IMG/VR virus record: IMGVR_UViG_3300032155_000032
Coordinates: 1-38,920 of that record
Length of the DNA stretch: 38,920 nucleotides
Strand: one strand, 5' to 3'
Source: a virus
Lineage: Duplodnaviria; Caudoviricetes
The notes beneath the pieces were generated by a model. That model worked only from the letters and a program-made list of their open reading frames with translations. It was not told where the DNA came from and ran no database searches. The stretch's first letter is position 1, and the number at the start of each line of letters is the position of its first letter. The translations under genes and the position numbers were made by a program. This document shows, in pieces, positions 17,251 through 25,399 of the stretch.

Positions 17251-18465
17251 CTACCTGGGGATATAGGCCGTGACCAGGCGCGGTGCCGTGGCCATGGAGC
17301 CTGCACCCTTCTGGTATATCCACCCCGTCGTCACGTCAACGGTCCGACCGTTCGGCCCCACCACCGGGACCGTGACCTGGAAACGCTCCCCATGCTCGTC
17401 GCGCGGCCCGCGCACGGCCGGGAGACTGTCCAGCTGCTCCATGATCTGGCGCTGCAGGTCTGCCGCGTGACGCCGGTCCATGCCCAGCGCGGCCTGAAAG
17501 ACACGCCCCTTGCCCTTGGGATGCCGAGGATCAAGCGAATACCCCCCCAATTTCTCGCTGCTGATTTCCGCCCGGTCCACCCCTGGCAATGGCAGCCCGG
17601 GCACGTGCGGCACGGTCTCGCTTTTTGGATCGCGCTCCCACTGGCTGCGCAGCTCGCGGCGGCCAGCAGCCTGTTCCTGCGCGGACGTGGGCAGGGGCGA
17701 ACCCACGACCTGTCCGTCGGGATCATGCACCACGGGCTCGGGGTAGCAGCGGCAGTTCGGAAACTCGCCCGCGTGGCCGGTCATGCCGTCCAGCGTCGGC
17801 GGGGAGTCCCAGCGCACGAAACGGCCCTCCATGGCCCGGTGGCTCGGCCTGGTCTGGCCGTCGCGCGCCGTGCGCCAGATGTAGCCCTCGCTGCCCACGG
17901 ATTCCGCCCTGGCCCTGGTCAGCGCCGTGCCCGCCTTGCTCACCTCGGTCAGGGCGATGACCCGGGCCCGGCCGCGGGCGACATCGCCTTCGGCCGCTAT
18001 CTTCTCCATGATCGCGTCGGCGCGCGTGCCGTCCAGGAGCGCCCCGTGCGCCATCTCGGCTACGCGCTCGGCAGCCTGTGCGGGGATGGAGGTGATGAGC
18101 CGGACGTTCTCGTCGATGCGGGCGCGCACGGCCCCAGAGATGTCCGCGGCGAGCATGCCGCGCAGGTCTATGCCCCATTGGGCCGCCGCCTTACGCCAGG
18201 CCCCATCGTTCTTGCGGGCAGCTGCCCGCACCATGTTGGTAGCGGCTTGCCTGGCCCAGGGCTCCACGGTCGCGGCGTAGGCCTCCAGAGCCCGCTTGGC
18301 CTCCTGTGGATCGGGCGCCTTGGCCGTGATCCTGCCGACCTGGTCCGCCACGCTACGCAGCTGCTTTGCATAGGCACGTTCGGTCGCCTTGGACGGCGCG
18401 AAACCCTTGGATACGGGCCTTGCCTTGGCCGCATCCGCCCACGACCAGGGGCGAGACCAGGCCAC
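17251..18465 (-). CDS. MuF/SPP1 gp7-like minor head protein with a C-terminal DUF6883-like (putative toxin) domain
   Basis: MuF motifs RARVIALTE, YIWRTARDGQTRPSH and HAGEFPNCRCYPEP, then KLGGYSLDPRHPKG...GPNGR...GWI...PRLVTAY. Confidence 0.85.
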   Translation of the reverse strand: MAWSRPWSWADAAKARPVSKGFAPSKATERAYAKQLRSVADQVGRITAKAPDPQEAKRALEAYAATVEPWARQAATNMVRAAARKNDGAWRKAAAQWGIDLRGMLAADISGAVRARIDENVRLITSIPAQAAERVAEMAHGALLDGTRADAIMEKIAAEGDVARGRARVIALTEVSKAGTALTRARAESVGSEGYIWRTARDGQTRPSHRAMEGRFVRWDSPPTLDGMTGHAGEFPNCRCYPEPVVHDPDGQVVGSPLPTSAQEQAAGRRELRSQWERDPKSETVPHVPGLPLPGVDRAEISSEKLGGYSLDPRHPKGKGRVFQAALGMDRRHAADLQRQIMEQLDSLPAVRGPRDEHGERFQVTVPVVGPNGRTVDVTTGWIYQKGAGSMATAPRLVTAYIPR

Positions 18466-19856
18466 TACGGCACCTCTTGGTCCACGCCAGGCAGCCCCGC
18501 AGGATCAGGGAACGCGGGCGCTGCCATCCTGGCCTCTGCCGCCTCGATGTCTTCGTCCCTGATTGAGGTGAACCGCCCCGTGACCCGTCCTGCGCCGCGC
18601 AGCTCGGAGAGGGCCTGCCCCTCGCTGATGATGCCTGCGCTGAAGAGACCGGCCACGCTCTGCGCGTCCGCCGTGGCGATTGCGGATTTTTCGGTTTCGG
18701 TTGGCTGCCAGAGACTCAGGTAGTTGAAGCTGGTGCCCTCGGGCAGCGGCTTGCCCCACAGACTCCTGGCCAAAATGGGCAGCAGCGTCTCGTGCGCCGG
18801 GCGCAGGTCGTCATCCTGCTTGGTGGCGATGGAGTCGTAGTATGTGCGCAGGTCCGAATCGCCGGAGGAAAACCCCTTGGGGCTCTGCCCCAGCAGGCGC
18901 ACCAGCGGGATCTCGCTGGCTCCGGAGATCTGCTCGGCGAAGGCCTGCAACGCGTCGTACATGCCCGCGAAGGACCAGTTGTGGGTCGCGAATGTATCCG
19001 CCTTGTCGAGGATGGTCAGTCCCTCGTTGGTCTGCATCAGGCGGATCATCTGGAACATCTTCGTGAGGGCCGCCTCGGCCTGACCTCCGGCTGCCAGCAC
19101 CTCGCGCAGGCGGTCGATGCCGATCACTCGCAGATAGGAGCGCATGATCAGGTTCGCGCTGCCGTGCGTGGCGCTGTCCAGGGCCAGGATGCGGTCGTAG
19201 GCCCGCTCCACGACCGACGCGCCCCATCCCATCTCGCTGATGCGTTGCCAGTAAGGCAGGTCCACGCCAATGAATCTGATGGCGCGGGTGTAGTGGATCG
19301 AGAACGCGGACGTCTTGTCGGCGTTGTGCACGGTATAGAATTTCGGGTAGCCGAGCATGGGCCCCAGGTCTGCAATCAGTTCCGTCGAGGGCGTCACCTG
19401 CCAACGGTCGAGCACATGCAGCCCCCGGAACGACCCGCGTGGGATGTTGTCCATGTCGAGCGGCGTGGCCATGTCCTGGCCGTCGATGAGGATGGCCGCG
19501 ATGGCCCCGCCGTAGAGGCGTCCCCATTTGATGGCGTCGCGCAGGCGTGGAGAGACGCCGGTGCGGCGCATGTACTGCAGCAACGCGTCCACGTCGCCGG
19601 GCGGGAGTTGGGTTTGAATGTCGAGCTGGCTCTTCACCATGTCCTCGGCCACCACATCGACCATGCGGCCCACAATCCACGAATCGCGGTACATGGCCTC
19701 CAGTTCGGCGCGTTTGCGCGTCACCTGGGAACCGGACACGTACCGTCCGGCGGCCAGAGGATTGTCCCGTCCCAGGCCGAGGCGGCCCACGAAGTTATCA
19801 AATCCGTCGGCGGTGAACTTCTTCCCGCCGGGGCGGTGGTCGCGTCGTCTACCCAT
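18465..19856 (-). CDS. Portal protein (DUF1073/HI1409-like)
   Basis: LEAMYRDSWI, WGRLYGGA, IPLVRLLGQSPKG and DLRTYYD motifs. Follows the terminase gene. Confidence 0.85.
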   Translation of the reverse strand: MGRRRDHRPGGKKFTADGFDNFVGRLGLGRDNPLAAGRYVSGSQVTRKRAELEAMYRDSWIVGRMVDVVAEDMVKSQLDIQTQLPPGDVDALLQYMRRTGVSPRLRDAIKWGRLYGGAIAAILIDGQDMATPLDMDNIPRGSFRGLHVLDRWQVTPSTELIADLGPMLGYPKFYTVHNADKTSAFSIHYTRAIRFIGVDLPYWQRISEMGWGASVVERAYDRILALDSATHGSANLIMRSYLRVIGIDRLREVLAAGGQAEAALTKMFQMIRLMQTNEGLTILDKADTFATHNWSFAGMYDALQAFAEQISGASEIPLVRLLGQSPKGFSSGDSDLRTYYDSIATKQDDDLRPAHETLLPILARSLWGKPLPEGTSFNYLSLWQPTETEKSAIATADAQSVAGLFSAGIISEGQALSELRGAGRVTGRFTSIRDEDIEAAEARMAAPAFPDPAGLPGVDQEVP

Positions 19857-21303
19857 CGGCTAATGCCTCCCATACGCTGAGACCGTGTGACTTGAGATAG
19901 CGGAGGGCCTGGGTCATGGTGTCGACCTGGTCGTCATGGCCGCTGGCCGGAAAGCTCACCAGCTCATCGACAAAGTCGCGCACCCAGGCGCATTCATCCT
20001 CTGCGGGGATATACACGTTCCCCGCAGCCCATAGCGCGGTCACGGCATGTGCGCGACTCACCTTTGACCCGTCCGGCTCAATCGGCATCAGGCCTGGGAC
20101 GTCCTCACGCAATGCGTCGAGGACCGCCGGGCCGTTCGCCTTGTCCTCGATGAGCACGGCCGTGGCTCCGGGGAACTGAGCGCAGAGCGACACCACCGCG
20201 TCCTTGGACGTGGTGAATCCCATCCTGGCTCGCACCTGGTGCAGGAGGTAGTAGCGGACGCCCTTCCGGCCCCAGGCCTGGCCGACCACGTAGTCCGTCC
20301 CGTCCGTGCCCTTGAAGGTCATGTCCCAGCTCAGGACGATCTCGTCGAAGCGTTCGGGGCGCGTGCCACGAGTCCAGCGCTTGATCCAGTCGGCCTGGAA
20401 GATGTTGCCGCCCTCCTGGACCGGGCTCTGCTGATACAGCGCGCTCCACTGGGCGGGACTCATGCTGCCCCTGATCTCTTCGAGCTGCTCCAGCGGATGC
20501 AGTTCGGGAGCCAGCGCCTCGCCGTCCTCGTTGATGGCCTTGAACTTCAGGTGTCGGGCTCGCGGATTGTTCTTGATCACGGTGGCCGCGAGATCGTCCA
20601 CGGCCCAGGAGGTGGCCATGATGATCTGCCCGGATGTCTTGGACAAGCGGGAGAGGAAAACGGTCTGATACCAACCTTCGATGGCTCGCTTGACCGTGGC
20701 GCTTCGGGCCTCTTCCTCGTTCTTGATCGGGTCGTCGATGATGCCGATATCCACGCTCTTGCCGGTGAGCGGACCGCCCACGCCGGTGCAGACGTAGTAG
20801 CCACGGTGCCCCAGGACGTCGAAACGGTCCGAGTTGCGCTGCGCCTGCCCCTCGACCGTGACCACCCGGCGCGGGTTGAGCGCGGACTCGGGAAAAACGG
20901 CGCGGTAGGCCTCGTCCATCATGATGCGCTGCACGTCGCGGTTCATGTCCTTGGCCAGGTCCGCGCCGTAGCTGCAGGCCGCAATGCGAAAATCGGGGTA
21001 GCGCCCGAAGACGTACGGCGGGAAACGGCGGGATACGATCTCGCTTTTGCCGTGCTGCGGAGGGGCCTGCAGCACGAGAATCGGGCGCTGGTGGTTGAGC
21101 ACGTCCAGCAGGAATTGATCCAGGGCGGCGCATACGGCCAGGGAGAACGGGTTGTGGGAGTAATCGTCCTTGGTGATGGTGATGAAGCTGGCCAGGTTGC
21201 GGGTGGCCAGCTCGGCGCGCAAAACGCGACGCTGCTTCTCGGCAAGCAGCGCGTCCAACTCCCCGCCGCCGGAGTGCTCATTCCCGGTCGAGGGACGCGG
21301 CAT
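19849..21303 (-). CDS. Terminase large subunit
   Basis: APPQHGKS (Walker A), IIDDPIKN (Walker B), SWDMTFK, IEDKANG and HDDQVD nuclease motifs. Confidence 0.93.
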   Translation of the reverse strand: MPRPSTGNEHSGGGELDALLAEKQRRVLRAELATRNLASFITITKDDYSHNPFSLAVCAALDQFLLDVLNHQRPILVLQAPPQHGKSEIVSRRFPPYVFGRYPDFRIAACSYGADLAKDMNRDVQRIMMDEAYRAVFPESALNPRRVVTVEGQAQRNSDRFDVLGHRGYYVCTGVGGPLTGKSVDIGIIDDPIKNEEEARSATVKRAIEGWYQTVFLSRLSKTSGQIIMATSWAVDDLAATVIKNNPRARHLKFKAINEDGEALAPELHPLEQLEEIRGSMSPAQWSALYQQSPVQEGGNIFQADWIKRWTRGTRPERFDEIVLSWDMTFKGTDGTDYVVGQAWGRKGVRYYLLHQVRARMGFTTSKDAVVSLCAQFPGATAVLIEDKANGPAVLDALREDVPGLMPIEPDGSKVSRAHAVTALWAAGNVYIPAEDECAWVRDFVDELVSFPASGHDDQVDTMTQALRYLKSHGLSVWEALADG

Positions 21304-21860
21304 CAGCTCCCCCCAGCCAGGGCGGCGATACGCTGATCCAGCTCCTCATCACTGAGGGACTTCAAGTCGGCGGCGTTGCCCAGGGCCTGCACGCGGCGCT
21401 GCAGTTCCTCCTCCATCTCCTTTCGCGCCCGCGCCCGTTCCTGCGCCCGCACCTCCTCCTGGAAGCGCTTGTTTGTGACGCTCGCGCGGCACAGATCAGC
21501 GATGGCGCGGGCCACGGACGGCATATTGAGGGTCTTTTCGGCTTCGCCCTCGACCTTGACCAGAACGCCGAGGAGTTTCTCCTGCACCAGTCGGATCAGC
21601 GCCTCGTTGACCGACCCATCCGTGTCAGGAGCGGCTTCCACGACGGCCCGGGCCTGCTCGCTGGCCGTGCGGAGCAGGGCCAGGCGCTCTTCAAACTCCT
21701 GGCCGTAGCGGTGGAGGGAGCTTTTGGAGATGCAGAACCCGCGCGACTTCAGCTCCTCCTCCAGGAGCTTGTAATCCGCGAATCCCGACTCCACCAGGGC
21801 GCGGTCAAGCCAGGCTTTCACCTGTGTCGGCAACTTGGTCACGGCGCTGCGCTTCGCCAT
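21303..21860 (-). CDS. DUF3486 / Mu gp27-like terminase small subunit
   Basis: RSAVTKLP...WLDRAL...ISKSSLHRYG motif. Confidence 0.85.
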   Translation of the reverse strand: MAKRSAVTKLPTQVKAWLDRALVESGFADYKLLEEELKSRGFCISKSSLHRYGQEFEERLALLRTASEQARAVVEAAPDTDGSVNEALIRLVQEKLLGVLVKVEGEAEKTLNMPSVARAIADLCRASVTNKRFQEEVRAQERARARKEMEEELQRRVQALGNAADLKSLSDEELDQRIAALAGGS

Positions 21861-21863
21861 GGC

Positions 21864-22172
21864 TCACCAATACTTGGCGGGCCGGGCGATGCCCGGGTCG
21901 CAGTCGATGGTGTACTCGGCGATGTCCACGCCGTAGCGGGTCAGATCCGCGTACCAGCGGCCCGAAGGCTCGCGGCGCACCTCCACCAGCTTGCGGTCGT
22001 CGAGGTAGTCCAGCTCCCGGCGCACCTCCAGTTGCGTGGCGTCCGGGTACAGCCCCTGGACCGTGACCAAGATGACTTCCTCGTAGCAGCCCACGGGGCG
22101 GGCATTGTTGAGAGTCAGGAGCAGCACCCAGCGCAGGTGTTCGCGCCGGGTCTTCGCAGCGTCAACAGCCAT
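21864..22172 (-). CDS. Mu gp26-like winged-helix protein
   Basis: RREHLRWVLL...VRRELDYL...LTRYGVD...PGIARP motif. Precedes DUF3486, as in Mu-like phages. Confidence 0.75.
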   Translation of the reverse strand: MAVDAAKTRREHLRWVLLLTLNNARPVGCYEEVILVTVQGLYPDATQLEVRRELDYLDDRKLVEVRREPSGRWYADLTRYGVDIAEYTIDCDPGIARPAKYW

Positions 22173-22482
22173 GTCCCCTCCCAAGGGTTTCGAGTTTCGA
22201 GGCCAGCCCGTCGAGCTTGGCCTCGATGATGGTCTGGTTGCGTATCCAGTCCTCGCGCCGCACGTAGTCGAGCGGGAGGCGGGCCAGGTGGCGCAAAAAC
22301 GCCTTTTCAAGCTCGTCTGCTTTGTCGGCCGAGGCCTTGGCCGCAGTGGTGGCCGCATTCGTCGCCTCTTTGACCGCGGCGGCGCGTCCTCGATCCAAGT
22401 ACTTCCAGATGCCGATCAGCCCACCGACGGACAGCACGCCCAGGTAGATCAGCTGGTAAACGGTCAATTCAACGGTCGTCAC
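22162..22482 (-). CDS. Mu gp25-like membrane-anchored protein
   Basis: N-terminal transmembrane segment, coiled coil and LPLDYVRREDWIR motif. Confidence 0.65.
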   Translation of the reverse strand: MTTVELTVYQLIYLGVLSVGGLIGIWKYLDRGRAAAVKEATNAATTAAKASADKADELEKAFLRHLARLPLDYVRREDWIRNQTIIEAKLDGLASKLETLGRGHGC

Positions 22483-22706
22483 CGTCCCTCCTCATGCTCT
22501 TGCTGGCAGCCCGCGCAGCGGCAGGCGTGCGGCACGGCGCGCAGGCGCTCGGCCGGTATCTCCTCGCCGCAGTCGCGGCACCACGGCACGCCAGCAACCC
22601 AGAGCGGCCCCTGCGGGTCGGCCTCGGCCTGCCGCCTGCGGCGCTCTTCGGCCTCGGCCAGGTAGAGCGCCTCGGCGCGCTGCGCGTCGTCCACGATGTC
22701 GCTCAT
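22479..22706 (-). CDS. TraR/DksA C4 zinc-finger protein
   Basis: DIVDDAQ...CRDCGEEIPAERLRAVP...CAGCQ motif. Confidence 0.88.
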   Translation of the reverse strand: MSDIVDDAQRAEALYLAEAEERRRRQAEADPQGPLWVAGVPWCRDCGEEIPAERLRAVPHACRCAGCQQEHEEGR

Positions 22707-23335
22707 TGCGCCTCCCGGATCTGGACGCCCTCGGCCCAGGTGATCAGGTCGCCCAGCTGCGCCTCCAGCGCCCGGCAGCGCCCGCCATAGTCGCGGATGT
22801 GCGCCAGCACGTCCTCGGGTGTCACCGCCCCCGGAAGTACCCCGGCGTCAGGGGCGTCGGCGGCTGGGGCCGTTCCGTCAAAACCGGCGGCGGCGCCGGG
22901 CACGGCACCACCACCAGCGGCTCCGATGGCCTCGTTGTAGAGACGCACCCACTCAGGGCCAAAAGTACACACGCCGCCAGAATCAGCGGCCACGTCGCGC
23001 GAGGCATGGGAAATCCTTTGGTTGGTGATGGCGGCCTGGGCGGCTGCCAGATCGCGCCGCGCGGCCAGATAGTTGCGGGTGATGTCTGCTGCGCGCTCGG
23101 CCTCGGCCTGCACCATGCGCCTGGCGTCGGCCTCCGCCTTGGCCCTGGACGACGCCCAGGCAGCGCGCTGCGCCTGCAGCTCGGCCTGGCCCTTGGCCTC
23201 GGCCTCGGCGTAGCCGTGGCGGTAGCCCTTCCAGGCCCCGACCGCACCGGCCAGGCCGATGAGTAGGACCACGCCCAGGATCAGGGCGATGCGCCGCCAG
23301 GGCGTGGCGGCGGACGCGAGCAATGAAGCGATCAT
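22703..23335 (-). CDS. Rz-like inner-membrane spanin
   Basis: N-terminal transmembrane segment and Ala-rich coiled coil. Follows the endolysin with an ATGA overlap. Confidence 0.72.
   Translation of the reverse strand: MIASLLASAATPWRRIALILGVVLLIGLAGAVGAWKGYRHGYAEAEAKGQAELQAQRAAWASSRAKAEADARRMVQAEAERAADITRNYLAARRDLAAAQAAITNQRISHASRDVAADSGGVCTFGPEWVRLYNEAIGAAGGGAVPGAAAGFDGTAPAADAPDAGVLPGAVTPEDVLAHIRDYGGRCRALEAQLGDLITWAEGVQIREAQ
22822..23007 (-). CDS. Rz1-like outer-membrane lipoprotein spanin, embedded in Rz in another frame
   Basis: MPRATWPLILAACVLLALSG|C lipobox followed by a Pro-rich mature region. Confidence 0.65.
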   Translation of the reverse strand: MPRATWPLILAACVLLALSGCVSTTRPSEPLVVVPCPAPPPVLTERPQPPTPLTPGYFRGR

Positions 23336-23988
23336 AGGCGGCCTCCGGGGCAGACGCCCGCGCCCCACCCGGCGCGGCGGTACACAGGCTCCAGCACGAT
23401 CAGGATTCTGCGCGGGTATCCGCGATTCTCGCGCCAGGCGGCCTGGGAGCGGCCCGCGTTGGCCAGCTCCACGCCGTCCCACCAGCGCGAGGCGTCGAGC
23501 CCAGAACGCCCGGCCAGGGCCTGGTCGCGCCGCACCCAGCCGAGGCCGCCGTTGTACCCGGCCAGGGCCATGGCCCAGCGGTCGCACGGGGTGTCCGCGC
23601 GCACGCGCTCCCATATCCAGCGGTCGTAGGAGACCAGGCCGCGAAGTGCCCAACCGGGGTTCCAGGCGTCGGGCTGTCCGAGGTCGGGCCGTTGTCCGCC
23701 CCACCAATCTTGGGTCGCGGGCATGAATTGCGCCAGGCCGCGCGCCCCGACGAGGCTGCGCGCAGACGCACGCCAGCCGGATTCCTGGTGGACCTGCGCC
23801 GCGAAGGTGGCCGTCGGCGCGTCCAGGCCCCATTCCGCATGGGCTGCACGGGTGAGCAGGGCGCGGTATTGCAGAGCCTCGCGGGGGATCGATTCGCCGC
23901 GCGCGTCGCGCAGGAGCACGCCGAGCAGCAGGAGCACGGCGGCGATCACGAGGGCGACGTCGCGGACGCGTTCCCAGCGCGGGCTCAC
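23332..23988 (-). CDS. Endolysin, lytic transglycosylase (SLT) with an N-terminal signal or anchor
   Basis: AAQVHQESGW, GARGLAQFMPAT, ALAGYNGGLGW and ENRGYPRRI motifs. Confidence 0.9.
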   Translation of the reverse strand: MSPRWERVRDVALVIAAVLLLLGVLLRDARGESIPREALQYRALLTRAAHAEWGLDAPTATFAAQVHQESGWRASARSLVGARGLAQFMPATQDWWGGQRPDLGQPDAWNPGWALRGLVSYDRWIWERVRADTPCDRWAMALAGYNGGLGWVRRDQALAGRSGLDASRWWDGVELANAGRSQAAWRENRGYPRRILIVLEPVYRRAGWGAGVCPGGRL

Positions 23989-24137
23989 AACCCCAGCCCC
24001 ATGGCCAGCGCGGCAGCCGTCGATGAGCGCTTCCGCGCGAATCCTACGGATGCCGACAGCGCCGGACCGAGACGTCCCGCCGCGAACAGCGCGGCGGACA
24101 TTGCGCGCGGGCTCACAGTCCCAGCCCCATGGCCAGC
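23977..24137. repeat. 33-bp direct repeat of the holin-endolysin junction (23977-24009 and 24105-24137)
   Basis: gcgcgggctcaca(ac/gt)cccagccccatggccagc; 31 of 33 positions identical, 128-bp offset. Confidence 0.9.
23985..24116 (-). CDS. 43-aa ORF created by the junction duplication
   Basis: GTGA overlaps at both ends. Starts like the endolysin (VSPR) and ends like the holin (LAMGLGL). Confidence 0.35.
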   Translation of the reverse strand: MSPRAMSAALFAAGRLGPALSASVGFARKRSSTAAALAMGLGL

Positions 24138-24445
24138 ATGCTGGCCGCCATGATGGCGGCGCGCCGCAGCTGGGCCGCGATGTAGAAGCGTTCGCACCCT
24201 TGGGCCACCGGGTTGTCGGGGGCATCCGCGAAAAACCCAAGACGTTCGCGCCAGGGGCGCGCCAGGAAGCCGTCCGGGCGCGAATAGGGGAACGCCCAGC
24301 GGTCCAGCCAGTAGCCACCCACGCCAGCCAGGGCGATGAGTGTGAGCTTGTAGGCGATGACCAGGGCCTGATGCGGGGCCTGCCAGGCGATGACGCCGTA
24401 GAGCGCCAGGGCCAGCAACAGGCAGGGAAGCATCCGAATCTTCAT
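24113..24445 (-). CDS. Putative holin
   Basis: Two to three transmembrane segments; YKLTLIALAGVGGYWLDRWAFPYSRP and LRRAAI motifs; first gene of the lysis cassette. Confidence 0.82.
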   Translation of the reverse strand: MKIRMLPCLLLALALYGVIAWQAPHQALVIAYKLTLIALAGVGGYWLDRWAFPYSRPDGFLARPWRERLGFFADAPDNPVAQGCERFYIAAQLRRAAIMAASMLAMGLGL

Positions 24446-24449
24446 TGGT

Positions 24450-24481
24450 CCTCCTGCGCGCATCGTCGCGCGCGCAGGAGG
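24450..24481 (-). promoter_or_regulatory. 12-bp hairpin sequestering the holin Shine-Dalgarno sequence
   Basis: CCTCCTGCGCGC-8 nt-GCGCGCAGGAGG, followed by ACCA ATG. Confidence 0.7.
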
Positions 24482-24482
24482 C

Positions 24483-24525
24483 ACACTAGGTGCTCGCTGT
24501 CCAGGAGGCTCTTAACCTGGCGCTA
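24483..24525 (-). promoter_or_regulatory. Putative activator-dependent late promoter (analogue of Mu P_lys)
   Basis: TAGCGCCAGGTTAAGAG, then 20 nt, then TAGTGT as a -10-like hexamer. No recognisable -35. Confidence 0.55.
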
Positions 24526-24549
24526 GGGGATACGGGCGGGGAGGATGGA

Positions 24550-24579
24550 TACAACAGGGGCCGCCCGGACGGGCGGCCC
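24550..24579 (-). terminator. Probable terminator of the repressor operon
   Basis: GGGCCGCCC-GTCC-GGGCGGCCC followed by CTGTTGTA (weak U-tract), just after the stop at 24589. Confidence 0.5.
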
Positions 24580-24588
24580 TGGGAAGGA

Positions 24589-24957
24589 TCAGGGGCGTGT
24601 TGTCCAGATGGTGATCGGCAGCTGGTAGGCGTCGACAGTGCCCCTCAAACGCTCCTCGCCAACGGCATCGCGGTCTGACTCGATGATGAGCACGACCCCA
24701 GGCTGACGGCCTGTCAGATGGCCATAGTGCAAAGACTGACCAATGGCCTCTGCCCATTTGCGCCCGAAGTCGAACTCGATGGCGTATTCGTCCGTGAGGC
24801 AGTCGCAGCGGGTTCCGTCCGTCAAAACGACCTCCGCTGTCCCGTTCGCGGTCGCGCACCAACGCTCTTGATACCAACGCTCTGGATGCACCCCAGCCCA
24901 TGCTGCGCCGTGCAGCAAACTGGCCCAAAAAACTATGCGCAAGAACCCCGAGATCAT
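24589..24957 (-). CDS. Exported hypothetical protein with PD-(D/E)XK-like motifs
   Basis: Signal-like N-terminus (...LLHGAAWA|G); GTRCDCLTDEYAIEFD and AEAIGQSLHY motifs. Confidence 0.6.
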   Translation of the reverse strand: MISGFLRIVFWASLLHGAAWAGVHPERWYQERWCATANGTAEVVLTDGTRCDCLTDEYAIEFDFGRKWAEAIGQSLHYGHLTGRQPGVVLIIESDRDAVGEERLRGTVDAYQLPITIWTTRP

Positions 24958-25379
24958 CCGAGGCGCAATGCCTCTTCAATGGCGGCCTTGACTTGGAGCG
25001 GCTGTGCCACCGTCCGGATACGCACAACCCCACCGCCCGTCCCTTGCACCAGCACGTCGCCGTAGCCGAAGATTCGACCGGCGATGCCCTGGCGGACATT
25101 GACGTGCTCCACCTTTTCCGCCCGCAACTCGTTGGTGTCGCGGGAGATAATGCCCCGCTTCACAATGACCCTTCGGTTCGTGACGCCCTGCTCGATGCTT
25201 TTCAACGACCAAACGAGCAGCGCGGGGATGGCCGCTACGGCCAACATGGCCGGGTTCGTCAGGGAGAGGAGGAGAAAAATAAGCACCCAAATCCCCGCCG
25301 CAGCAAACGGGAGCCAATGCATCTTGAAGCGCTCAACGACTTCTTCTCCCTTGCCCAGAGTGGACTCAATGTAGCCCAT
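24954..25379 (-). CDS. Bacterial PH-domain (bPH_2-like) membrane protein
   Basis: Two transmembrane segments, then VTNRRVIVKRGIISR...VRQGIAGRIFGYGDV. Confidence 0.82.
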   Translation of the reverse strand: MGYIESTLGKGEEVVERFKMHWLPFAAAGIWVLIFLLLSLTNPAMLAVAAIPALLVWSLKSIEQGVTNRRVIVKRGIISRDTNELRAEKVEHVNVRQGIAGRIFGYGDVLVQGTGGGVVRIRTVAQPLQVKAAIEEALRLG

Positions 25380-25399
25380 AATCCCTCCCTTCTTTCCGT

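Noticed and set aside
18465-19856. DUF1073 protein as an anti-CBASS (Acb1) factor
   Set aside because: Size and position after TerL fit a portal, and no phosphoesterase extension with paired HxT motifs is evident.
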